Positions 9,001 through 16,686 of a stretch of 17,971 bases of DNA are shown here, one piece after another (the first letter of the stretch is position 1; every line of letters begins with the position of its first letter). A model generated the notes under the pieces. It saw only the letters and a list, made by a program, of their open reading frames with translations, was not told the origin of the DNA and made no database searches. The stretch is taken from assembly GCA_031414955.1 (NCBI GenBank), contig JANOQV010000091.1, positions 1 to 17,971 on the forward strand, written 5' to 3'. Both the position numbers and the translations under genes were made by a program. Source of the DNA: Pedosphaera sp. (GTDB lineage Bacteria; Verrucomicrobiota; Verrucomicrobiia; Limisphaerales; SIBH01).

Positions 9001-12000
9001 TCTCTACGTATTCCTGGGACTGGTTGCCCGAGGCTGGGTTGTACTCGATCGCGCCGAAGACAAGGTTGAAACTTGCGGGCATGTTCGTGGGCAACCCGGT
9101 GGCCGGAGTGTTCAGATAGGTGCGGCGGCCAGGCAGGAAGAAGTCCTTGATGCGGGCCAGTTCGATTTCGAGGTTGTTGGTTGCATTGCCGCCGAGGGTG
9201 GGGTTGGCCGGGCCGTACACAGGCGGGGTCCAACTGGCCCCTCCCCACTTCGTCTTGTCGAGCGCCGAGTCGGCGCGCACCTGGTCAGTATAAGCATCGA
9301 ACTTGGCGCGCAGATAGTCCGCATTCGTAGGCGTACCGGGTGCCTGAAGAATCGTGTCCGCAATGGTGCGGATGCGCCGCAGCCACATCGCCCTGAGCAC
9401 GGGTTCATTCCACATCAGGCCAAACAGAGTGTTGTTTTGACCGGTTCCCAATACCGGATTGTTCGTGTAAGTCGTGTCGTCGAAATAGCCGGGACCGCTG
9501 GTCCAGATGTGCGAGAGGCTCAGGTCGAAGTCCCACGGCAGCGCGTACCACTCCCCGGACGTGTTGTTGTCGTGGTAAACATAATAGTTCTTATGGCAGC
9601 AGTCGTGGTCGGCGGTGATGGTCTTGATCGCGAGGAAGTTGATCACGCTCGGCAAGTTCACGTTGTCCCAGACATAGGTCGTGCGCCCGGCCACATCCGG
9701 ATTCACCGTGGAGATGGCATTAAGCAAGGTCTGCAAGTCACCCGAGTTTTCGTACTTGCGGGTCTTTTTCTCGGCTGTCCCCACGCTGACGAAGCTGTCG
9801 TACATCTTGTAGAGCGAGCCATCCGGGTCGTAGCCGATGCGTTCGAGGTACTCTTCATTGCCTTGCTCGAGGAAGTTGGCCACCGAGAAGAAGGTCTCGT
9901 TCTGCTGCACCCGCAAGGCAAAGGAGTAATGCGCGGGCGTCCCGGCTTCCTGGTGCACCTCGGTGTTGACCCGGTTGCGCACATGGATGCGATCCGACCA
10001 GGTGGAGGCGATGGCGAAATCACTCGCGTCCGGTTCGCCGGGCCGGATGTTCATCTTGTAACCCCGGTTGAGGTTGAAGTTGTAGCTCTTCTTGGGAAAC
10101 CCGGACGAGCTTTGGCCGTGCAGGGTCACCCCCACGTTGTCGCGGAACTGGCCGTTGTAGAAGATCGAGCAGCGCGCGCCGACCTCGGTGGCGGCGGCGG
10201 CGATGGCGGCGGCATCCGCGAGGAACCAGTGGAATATCGGCAGCCCGTTCGTCTGCGGCAGATCGACGATGGTGCCCAAATACTTCGGCTCCGCAATGGA
10301 ACCGGCGATAATGGGCAGCCGGCTGAGGTTGGTCTTGATGTCCGAGGACGACACGTAATACCGGATCATCTGCCCAGCAAACGCCGCGCTCGCCGGAATG
10401 GTCGCGCCATACACCTGGTCCCCCGCCGCGCCGTCGCCGTGCGCACCGTCATCGAACATGGGCGCCGTCACCTCGTTGCTGTAGGCCACGCGATACACCA
10501 GCGTCACGTTGCTCACCGCGTTGAACGACGGCGTAACCGTGGCCGTGACGATCAGATTCTCACTGTCCTGCGGCACGTTGGGCGTGTGGTCCACGTCGGA
10601 GATGATGGGTCCAATGTTCGTCGAGACGTAGCCGTTGGCCGCGCCCGGCGTGGGCGGGGAAAAGTAGCCGGCATTCGTGCCCTGCGTCACGCTCGCCCCG
10701 AGCAATTCCGGCAGCACGAGGAAATCCGCATCCCCCGCATTCGTGTTCAGCGCGTGGAAGGCCAGCACGTTCGTCCCCGCCGTCAGCAGGCCCACAAACG
10801 TCGTGAGGTCGAGGGTCTCCGTCACCAGCGTCGCGCCGTCCGTGCGATTGGCGGTGGCCCCGGAATTCCAGGTCAGCGGATTCTGGGGATCGATTGCGTT
10901 GCGCGTGACCACCTGCACTCCGTTCAAGTAAGCCGCAAACCCGTCGTCATAACGCATCTTCAGCGTCAGGAACTGCATCGAGGACGGATTGGCCACCTCG
11001 AACGGAATGCGGATGTAAGCCGTGGCGTTGTTGCTCTGCATGAGCGAGCGGATGTCCGTGGCCACCAGCGGCGCGAACGTGCCCGGCGCCCGCACCACCA
11101 TCGTGCCCACCGAGCCATCCGAGCCGTCCCCCGTGTCCGCCGTCGGCCCCACCGGATCCAGCGAGTAATCGATGAAGTCCCCCACCACCACGTTCGAGAC
11201 CAACAGCGTGCGGTTCACGCCCATGCCATCGGTGCCGGCGACCGAGGCCGAGTCCTTCAGCACCCCGTTGTGCATGATACGAAAGGTCACTCCGAGGCCC
11301 GCCAGGTTCGCCTTGGCCCCCGTCCAGGTCACCGATAAGTTCCCGCTCACCGTGCTCTGCCAGCGCCGCATCACCCAGTGCTCGCCGCCGCCGCTGTTCG
11401 GATGCCAGCCCGTCTGGGTGATTTCATCCCAGGGCGGGTTGCCCGCAAACCAATCCCAAGCCGAGCCTGTCCAGTAGTTATCCACCCCGTATGGATTCGC
11501 ACTCCGCGGAAACGGCACGAACTCGCTCGACGCATACACCCCGTTCCCATCCGTCGTCTTGTTCCAATAACCATGGAACCACCCCTTCTCCCCCTGCGTG
11601 CCGCTCCCGGACCAGTCCGCCGCCGAGTCCGCCACCACCACCAGGTTCGTGTCCGGCGTGTCGAACCCGAGGCCCGTCACCGCGCTCATCCAGCTCGAAT
11701 CATCGAAGGCATTCGCCAGCCAGGTGCTCGCCAGAATGTCATTCGTCGGCACATAGACCCGCGCCGTCGCCCCCGTCGCCACCAGGATGGTCGTCGTCTG
11801 CACCACCGGCAGGCCGTACGAGACGAGGGGCACCTGCTGCGGATAACTGTTCGAGTATTGCGACGCGATGGTCAGGTCCGGCCGGATCAGCCCGAGATAT
11901 TCGCCGCCGTCATTCAGGCGGAAGTTCGTGTGCAACGGCCGGCCCGCCACCCGCCGATCCTTGTTCGACGCAAACACGATCAGGTATCCGCCCGCGTTGA

Positions 12001-12253
12001 CGTTCGTGCCGGGGAACTGCCATTTCGCCAGGTTCCCCACATTGTCCGTGAGGTACCAGCCGTTGATGCTGATCGAGTTCGTGGTCGGATTGTGAATCTC
12101 GATCCAGTCCTCCACGGACCCGTTCTCATCGCGCAACGTCGCGAGGTTGGTCGCGATGGTGGACGCCAGGAATTCGCTGATGATGAGGTTGTCGGCCGCC
12201 AGGGACCGGATGACGAGGGTACAAAATACCGTGAGGACGCAAAAGATTCTCAT
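6050..12253 (-). CDS. Large secreted multidomain protein: lamin-tail domains + CotH-family kinase + 2-3 Ig-like domains + DxDGDG Ca-binding repeats + C-terminal YYRV domain (~2,067 aa)
   Basis: Signal peptide MRIFCVLTVFCTLVIRSLA (alternative ATG at 12259). LTD motifs IISEFLAS..DWIEIHNP, IEYNP..EYVEIRN, ITEMMYHP..EYIELKN, VVNEVLAH..DQIEIHNP, IISELMYHP..EYVELQN. CotH motifs HGQSS..FPKKSYNF, GSLYK, DHDCCHKNYY, LPWDFDLS. Ig motifs QQP..TGTEPLAYQW. DFDGDGMADIWE and DSDGDGMSN. Confidence 0.88.
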   Translation of the reverse strand: MRIFCVLTVFCTLVIRSLAADNLIISEFLASTIATNLATLRDENGSVEDWIEIHNPTTNSISINGWYLTDNVGNLAKWQFPGTNVNAGGYLIVFASNKDRRVAGRPLHTNFRLNDGGEYLGLIRPDLTIASQYSNSYPQQVPLVSYGLPVVQTTTILVATGATARVYVPTNDILASTWLANAFDDSSWMSAVTGLGFDTPDTNLVVVADSAADWSGSGTQGEKGWFHGYWNKTTDGNGVYASSEFVPFPRSANPYGVDNYWTGSAWDWFAGNPPWDEITQTGWHPNSGGGEHWVMRRWQSTVSGNLSVTWTGAKANLAGLGVTFRIMHNGVLKDSASVAGTDGMGVNRTLLVSNVVVGDFIDYSLDPVGPTADTGDGSDGSVGTMVVRAPGTFAPLVATDIRSLMQSNNATAYIRIPFEVANPSSMQFLTLKMRYDDGFAAYLNGVQVVTRNAIDPQNPLTWNSGATANRTDGATLVTETLDLTTFVGLLTAGTNVLAFHALNTNAGDADFLVLPELLGASVTQGTNAGYFSPPTPGAANGYVSTNIGPIISDVDHTPNVPQDSENLIVTATVTPSFNAVSNVTLVYRVAYSNEVTAPMFDDGAHGDGAAGDQVYGATIPASAAFAGQMIRYYVSSSDIKTNLSRLPIIAGSIAEPKYLGTIVDLPQTNGLPIFHWFLADAAAIAAAATEVGARCSIFYNGQFRDNVGVTLHGQSSSGFPKKSYNFNLNRGYKMNIRPGEPDASDFAIASTWSDRIHVRNRVNTEVHQEAGTPAHYSFALRVQQNETFFSVANFLEQGNEEYLERIGYDPDGSLYKMYDSFVSVGTAEKKTRKYENSGDLQTLLNAISTVNPDVAGRTTYVWDNVNLPSVINFLAIKTITADHDCCHKNYYVYHDNNTSGEWYALPWDFDLSLSHIWTSGPGYFDDTTYTNNPVLGTGQNNTLFGLMWNEPVLRAMWLRRIRTIADTILQAPGTPTNADYLRAKFDAYTDQVRADSALDKTKWGGASWTPPVYGPANPTLGGNATNNLEIELARIKDFFLPGRRTYLNTPATGLPTNMPASFNLVFGAIEYNPASGNQSQEYVEIRNTNAFAVDISGWKLKGEADFTFLPGTVIGVTNRIFLTPNLVAFRARPSGPRAGQRMFATGPYQNQLSARGDTLVLLNAAGQTNASLTYTGTPSLAQQYLRITEMMYHPPAPLAGPYLQEDYEYIELKNIGPVALNLNGVHFTNGVEFTFSSANVTNLNPGETLILAKNLGAFALRYPGVLNVTGPYIGLLENAGEKVELDDVLGEIILEFTYNNTWYPMTDGNGFSLVIVDENSDWHAWDTKAAWRASGAVNGSPGVVDPAPVVVGAVVVNEVLAHTDLPDYDQIEIHNPTTNAVDVGDWWISDDFLTPRKFRIPAPRIIPAGGFAVFIESDFNSGANAFLFSSHGDQAYLFSGLPSGELSGYYHGFDFDASENGVAFGRHLNSLTNEHFVAQGTNSFGFTNTGPRVGPLIISELMYHPPDVNGVDNSLDEYVELQNLTTNAVPLYDPVYPTNRWRVDDGINYTFGTNDVVPAKGFLIVANFNPTNLALLQAFRAKYGVATNVPIVGPYSGQLDNSGEKVELRRPDVPDLSGTPYILVERVNYRDDEPWDVGADGIGPSLQRRVTAFPADTSDAAGYGNEPLHWFAARPNAGAPGSTGTPPVVVQQPLDVLTIAGLSTNISLTVTGTEPLAYQWRRGTTNLIGETNATIQFNNVQASQAGLYSVTILNDAGYTISSNALLTVQIPVAFTQQPTNQNVQPTTNVTVSAQALGNGVLRWQWRFEGTNILNATNNTFSFLNANLTNGHGNFSVVVTDDISTATSTNGFVFVMVRPGIILQPLAQQVVQGNSAMFICQATGAPPIFYRWLTNGVGYVTNTSGIFIFPNAQANLTVRANVVNTAGNVNSSSVAMTVLRDFDGDGMADIWETNYFGFSTNSPADGPLDSDGDGMSNHDEYYAGTNPTNALSLLKLVQSATNVNTLQFTAQTNRTYSLLCRTNLSDALWTKVTNIFHSTLVRTVAVDAVVSPGLDPERYYRVLTPLIP

Positions 12254-12327
12254 GCACATAAAACTGTTTGGGTTCGGGGCAAAACCTACTCTGTGACGAA
12301 CGTGTGACGCGAGCAAAAACTGCCTCA

Positions 12328-12504
12328 GAGCCGGTCTGAAAATTCGCTGGCGGAGTGCGCCCGTCCTCGGGCGCAGCAGTGCGCTGACGCCGGGCGCGTT
12401 GGAAAAAGCCCCGTCCTCAGGCTTTAGCACCTTGCTGCGCCCGAGGACGGGCGCACTCCGGGGCGGACGGTCTGCGCCGCCCAGGCGACTTTTCAGACCA
12501 GCTC
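12328..12504. mobile_element. MITE-like element, copy 1 (177 bp): 15-bp TIRs, TCA direct repeat, internal REPIN-like doublet
   Basis: GAGCCGGTCTGAAAA (12328-12342) and TTTTCAGACCAGCTC (12490-12504) match 14/15. TCA flanks both sides (12325-12327, 12505-12507). Internal perfect 28-bp inverted repeat 12351-12378 / 12433-12460. Confidence 0.75.
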
Positions 12505-12710
12505 TCAGGCTGGCAACGCAGGGGCCGTTTGAGAGCCGGCGACCAAAGTCCGGCCCGCAAGTTTTCCACCCGCCGCCCGCCACTCCCGGCAGAAGGATCG
12601 AGGAATTGATTGGGTTCGCGCCGGACGGCCAAGGATTCGCTCGGCATCGTGGGCCAACCCAAGGTCGTGGTTCGGCTCGACACGACCGTCTCCAATGCTA
12701 GAACCAGTCC

Positions 12711-13268
12711 ATGGCACTCAATTCCATTGTCACCCGGACCATGGCGCTGGTTCTCGCCCTCGGCTTGACCGGCTGTGAATCCAGCTTCACCGCGCAGCTC
12801 TGGAAGACCGAGCGCTTCCGCCACCATTCCACGCCCGCGCCCGATCCGGCCGTCGCCGTGTTCTACGCCCCGGCCCGCAAGGATTACCTCGTGGCCTACG
12901 AGTCCACGGATGGATTCCTTTTCCACCGCCGCAATTTCTATCTGGGTGAAAACGTGGAACGACTCATGGATCAGAAGAAACCCCGGTTCACTTCCACGCT
13001 CTTGAAAGATCTCGAACCCGTGCCGGTGAACCAGGGCACGAACGTCCTGCCCGCCGCTTTCGCCAATCAACGTGTGACCATCCAAACCGAACTCGGCCAG
13101 ATCGGTCCCTACCCGCTGCCCACCTACGAAGATGGCCGCGGCACCGCCATCCAGGTGGTGCTCACGCCTTTCACGGTCGCGGGTGACCTGGCCCTGTTCA
13201 GCCTTGCGATCGCCGTGGTGGGAGCACTGCATGGCCAGTTCGTGCCCTGCACCCAGTGCTCGCATTGA
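12711..13268 (+). CDS. Hypothetical lipoprotein with a C-terminal hydrophobic segment
   Basis: Hydrophobic N-terminus with lipobox LTGC; C-terminal segment VVLTPFTVAGDLALFSLAIAVVGAL; GC3-rich codons. Start may instead be ATG 12741. Confidence 0.65.
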   Translation: MALNSIVTRTMALVLALGLTGCESSFTAQLWKTERFRHHSTPAPDPAVAVFYAPARKDYLVAYESTDGFLFHRRNFYLGENVERLMDQKKPRFTSTLLKDLEPVPVNQGTNVLPAAFANQRVTIQTELGQIGPYPLPTYEDGRGTAIQVVLTPFTVAGDLALFSLAIAVVGALHGQFVPCTQCSH

Positions 13269-13322
13269 CGAGTCCGCTTGCCCTGCGCTCCGCGCGCCCG
13301 CTAGCTTCGCGCCACTCGATTC

Positions 13323-14639
13323 ATGAGCACGGCGTTCTCGCATCTCAAAAACCTCGACTACTCGGTCGTGCAGCAGTGCATGCACTGCGGCATGTGTCTG
13401 CCCACCTGCCCGACCTACGACGCGACCAAGCTGGAACGCAACAGTCCGCGCGGCCGCATCGCCCTCATGCGCGCCATCGCCGATGACCGGCTCGAACCGA
13501 CCGAGACCTTCGCGAACGAAATGTATTTCTGCCTCGGCTGCCTCGCCTGCATGACGGCCTGTCCAGCCGGTGTCAATTACGCCGAGCTGTTCGAACACGC
13601 CCGCGCCGAGGCGGAGCGGGCCGGCGTGTTGCGGAATCCCAAGCGCAACTTCATCCGCTGGTTCACGGTCGGCTGGCTGTTCATGGACCTGCGCCGGCTG
13701 CATCTGCTCGGCCTGATGATGCGGCTCTACCAGCAGCTCGGATTGCAAACGCTCCTGCGCCGCAGCGGGGTGCTGCGCCTCGCGCCCCAACGTCTGCGCG
13801 AGTTGGAAGCCATGACGCCGCAAGTGCAGCCCAAGTTCTCCGCCGAATTGATCTCGCCCGTGACTCCGGCCTGCGGCGAAAGCAAATACCGCGTGGCCAT
13901 GCTCACCGGCTGCGCGCAGGATCTCATCTTCAGCGACGTGAACCGCGACACCGTGGAGGTGCTGGCCCGCAACGGCTGCGAAGTCATCACCCCGCCCGAG
14001 CAACAGTGCTGCGGCTCGCTCCACGCCCACAACGGCGAATGGGAACTCGCGCAGCAACTGGCCCGCACCAGCCTCGATCAGTTTCCGCCGGAAAAATTCG
14101 ACGCCATCATCACCAACGCCGCCGGCTGCGGCTCGCACCTCAAGCACTACGCGCACTTGCTGCACGACGACCCGCGCTACGCGCAGCGCGCCGAGTTGTG
14201 GGACACGAAGGTGAAGGACATTCACGAATGGCTGGCGCAGATCGGCATCGAAGCGCCGCGCGCACATGATGCCGCGCCATTGAGCGTGACTTATCACGAA
14301 GCCTGTCACCTCTGCCACGGCCAGAAGATCACCGCCCAGCCCCGCCAGGTCTTGCGTGCCATCGGCAACGTGAAACTGACCGAGCTGCCCGAGAGCACTT
14401 GGTGCTGCGGCAGCGCTGGCATCTACAACATCACGCAGCCGGAGATGGCCGGAGATCTCCTCGTGCGCAAGGTGAAGCACATCCAGAGCACCGGCGCGAA
14501 GGTCGTGGCCACGGGCAATCCCGGCTGCATGTTGCAGGTGCAGAACGGCTGCCGCGCGGCCGGACTCGAGGTCCGTATCGCGCATCCCATCACGCTGCTC
14601 GCTGAGGCGTATCGCGCCGAGCGCGGGGCGGGATCGTAG
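13323..14639 (+). CDS. glcF: Fe-S oxidoreductase, glycolate oxidase iron-sulfur subunit GlcF-like (2x 4Fe-4S + 2 CCG domains)
   Basis: CMHCGMCLPTCPTY..SPRGRI, CLGCLACMTACPAGV, LTGCAQD, QQCCGSLHAH, NAAGCGS, TYHEACHLCHGQ, WCCGSAGIYN, TGNPGCMLQ. Confidence 0.85.
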   Translation: MSTAFSHLKNLDYSVVQQCMHCGMCLPTCPTYDATKLERNSPRGRIALMRAIADDRLEPTETFANEMYFCLGCLACMTACPAGVNYAELFEHARAEAERAGVLRNPKRNFIRWFTVGWLFMDLRRLHLLGLMMRLYQQLGLQTLLRRSGVLRLAPQRLRELEAMTPQVQPKFSAELISPVTPACGESKYRVAMLTGCAQDLIFSDVNRDTVEVLARNGCEVITPPEQQCCGSLHAHNGEWELAQQLARTSLDQFPPEKFDAIITNAAGCGSHLKHYAHLLHDDPRYAQRAELWDTKVKDIHEWLAQIGIEAPRAHDAAPLSVTYHEACHLCHGQKITAQPRQVLRAIGNVKLTELPESTWCCGSAGIYNITQPEMAGDLLVRKVKHIQSTGAKVVATGNPGCMLQVQNGCRAAGLEVRIAHPITLLAEAYRAERGAGS

Positions 14640-14640
14640 G

Positions 14641-14752
14641 TCGGGGCGCGGACTTTCCAGTCCGCAGCAACATTCGACCGGCGGATCGCGGCCGATCGCC
14701 CGAGGTCTTTCAGCGTCCCACCTCGCGGCGGGCTGGAAAGCCCGCGCTCCGA
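14641..14752. repeat. REPIN-like doublet (stems GCGGACT-TTCC-AGTCCGC / GCGGGCT-TTCC-AGCCCGC)
   Basis: 14641-14668 vs 14725-14752 match 24/28 as an inverted repeat; 62 nt between hairpins. Begins 2 nt after the glcF stop. Confidence 0.85.
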
Positions 14753-14833
14753 GTGGTGCGCGACGCACCCATCGCCAGCCGTCGCTTGGTTTACAGTTTC
14801 CAAGCCACCGCGAGCTTTGCCACGCTCCCCGCC

Positions 14834-16087
14834 GTGCAGATCGAACTCATCAACACCGGCAGCGAACTGATGCTGGGTCGCGTGCTCAACACCCATCAGC
14901 AATGGCTTTGCCGGCAACTGGCCGACCTCGGCTATGTGGTCACACGCCAGGTCGGCGTCTCCGATGACCCCGGGCCAATGCTCGACGTGGTGCGCGAGTC
15001 GTTGACCCGCGCGGACTTGATCATCACCACCGGCGGTCTCGGGCCGACGAGCGACGATTGCACACGCGATCTCATCGCCGGGATGCTGGGGGTGAAACTT
15101 GTCCGTAATGACGAAGTGCTGGCACGCATCACCGAGTTCTTCACTTCACGCAAGCGGCCGATGCCGGAGAGCACGAAGGTCCAGGCGCTCGTGCCGGAGG
15201 GCGCGCGGGTGCTGATGAACGCCCACGGCACCGCGCCAGGATTGGTCATGGAAGTTCCCGCCGGGAAGTTTCGACCCAAGGCGACGCTGCTCATCATGCT
15301 GCCGGGGCCACCGCGCGAACTTCGCCCCATGTTCACCAACCAGATCGTGCCGCTGCTCAAGGAGAAGCTCCCGCTGGAAACTGAGTTCGTCTGCCGGACG
15401 CTCAAAACGACCGGCCTGGGCGAATCGCGCGTGGAGGAAATGATCGCACCGAAACTGAAGCATCTCACCGAGGCGGGATTGGAACTCGGCTACTGCGCCC
15501 GCACGGGCGAGGTCGATGTGCGCTTCGTGGCCCGCGGCTGCGGCGCGCAACAGACGGTGGCGGAGGCGGAATCGATTCTACGCGCGAGCCTCGGGGAGAA
15601 CGTCTTCGGCGTGGATGACGAGCAGTTGGAAACCGTCCTTATCAGGTTGCTCACGCAACGCCAGCAAACGCTGGCGCTCGCGGAATCCTGCACCGGCGGC
15701 TTCATCGCCCACCGGCTCACGAATGTCCCCGGCGCTTCGGCCGTCCTCTGGGGCGGCGTGGTGAGCTACGCCAACGAGGCGAAGCTGAAGCTGCTGGGCG
15801 TGCAGTCTTCGACGCTGTCTATGCACGGCGCGGTGAGCGAAGAAACCGCACGGGAAATGGCGGAAGGCGCGCGGCGGGTGAGCGGCGCGGACTACGCGCT
15901 GTCGGTCACAGGCGTGGCCGGGCCGGACGGCGGCACGGCGGAGAAGCCGGTGGGCACCGTGTTTATCAGCCTGGCCAGCGCGGAGCAGTCGCGCGTTTAC
16001 AAGTTCCTCAATCGCTACGATCGCGAGACCTTCAAGTACGTCACCTCGCAGCAGGCGCTGGAGATTTTGCGCCGGGCGCTGGTTTGA
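14834..16087 (+). CDS. cinA: Competence/damage-inducible protein A (molybdopterin-binding-like domain + PncC NMN deamidase), 417 aa
   Basis: GTG start, (M)QIELINTGSELMLG; TTGGLGPTSDDCT, GTAPG, LPGPPRE; C-terminal LALAESCTGG, SYANEAK, GAVSEETAREMAEG, SVTGVAGPDGG..KPVGTV. Confidence 0.93.
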   Translation: MQIELINTGSELMLGRVLNTHQQWLCRQLADLGYVVTRQVGVSDDPGPMLDVVRESLTRADLIITTGGLGPTSDDCTRDLIAGMLGVKLVRNDEVLARITEFFTSRKRPMPESTKVQALVPEGARVLMNAHGTAPGLVMEVPAGKFRPKATLLIMLPGPPRELRPMFTNQIVPLLKEKLPLETEFVCRTLKTTGLGESRVEEMIAPKLKHLTEAGLELGYCARTGEVDVRFVARGCGAQQTVAEAESILRASLGENVFGVDDEQLETVLIRLLTQRQQTLALAESCTGGFIAHRLTNVPGASAVLWGGVVSYANEAKLKLLGVQSSTLSMHGAVSEETAREMAEGARRVSGADYALSVTGVAGPDGGTAEKPVGTVFISLASAEQSRVYKFLNRYDRETFKYVTSQQALEILRRALV

Positions 16088-16116
16088 TCCGCCGCGCCGC
16101 AGAGCGTCCTGCCCAA

Positions 16117-16153
16117 GAAAAAGCCCCGCGAGAAGTTTCCCGCGGGGCTTTTC
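16117..16153. terminator. Bidirectional intrinsic terminator between cinA and the ferredoxin
   Basis: AAAAAGCCCCGCG-AGAAGTTTCC-CGCGGGGCTTTT hairpin flanked by A and T tracts, between convergent stop codons. Confidence 0.85.
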
Positions 16154-16168
16154 AAAAATCAGCCGGGC

Positions 16169-16402
16169 TTAGGCACCGTTGTCGCCGATGGCTTCGACGG
16201 GGCAGCCTTCCTGGGCTTCCTTGCAGAGCTTTTCTTCCTCCTCAGTCGCGGGCTGCTTGTAAACGAAGGAGTAACCGCCGTCATCGCTGCGGGTGAAATT
16301 GGCCGGGGCCGTCTCGCGACAGAGATCGCAGTCGATGCACTGGTTATCGACGAAATACTTGCCCGTCGTGTTGTCCGCGTACTTGTTCGCAATGTCAGCC
16401 AT
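16169..16402 (-). CDS. Single-cluster [4Fe-4S] ferredoxin, 77 aa
   Basis: YFVDNQCIDCDLCRETAP ... AQEGCPVEAIG (CxxCxxC + distal CP); acidic composition. Confidence 0.92.
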   Translation of the reverse strand: MADIANKYADNTTGKYFVDNQCIDCDLCRETAPANFTRSDDGGYSFVYKQPATEEEEKLCKEAQEGCPVEAIGDNGA

Positions 16403-16512
16403 AGATCAAATCGTTGTTCAAAGACGTTAAAGTCGGGGCAAATGTTGCTGTCGAATAATCGGGAATCAAGCTTTGTCTTCCGCCTGGGACGGGGCAGCGG
16501 CTCCGCCCCTGA

Positions 16513-16686
16513 GAGCCGGTCTGAAAATCCAGAATCCGGTGGCACCAGACCCGGCCGGAGTGCGCCCGTCCCGGGCGCAGCGACGCACGAACTGCGGCCG
16601 CGTGGATTTTTCCAGCGCCTTCCACCTTTTCAAGTTTCTGCGCCCGAGACGGGCGCACTCCGTCCGCCTGATTTTCAGACAGGCTC
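16513..16686. mobile_element. MITE-like element, copy 2 (174 bp): same TIRs, internal REPIN-like doublet
   Basis: GAGCCGGTCTGAAAAT (16513-16528) and ATTTTCAGACAGGCTC (16671-16686) match 15/16. Flanks are TGA and TCA. Internal inverted repeat 16556-16580 / 16638-16662 matches 24/25. Confidence 0.75.

Noticed and set aside
8285..11338. 1017-aa plus-strand ORF (and 6146-7432, 11378-12307)
   Set aside because: Antisense to the well-supported CotH/LTD gene; V/R/G/H-rich shadow-frame composition.
12529..12539. TGAGAGCCGG partial match to the MITE end just right of copy 1
   Set aside because: Only about 10 bp, lacks TCTGAAAA and has no partner end; may be chance or a decayed remnant.
12260..12583. 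N-terminal extension of the 2177-aa ORF
   Set aside because: It translates the MITE/REPIN sequence; the real signal peptide begins at 12253/12259.
12417..14768. 783-aa minus-strand ORF
   Set aside because: Antisense to glcF and the lipoprotein, with ends running through repeats; no domain signal.
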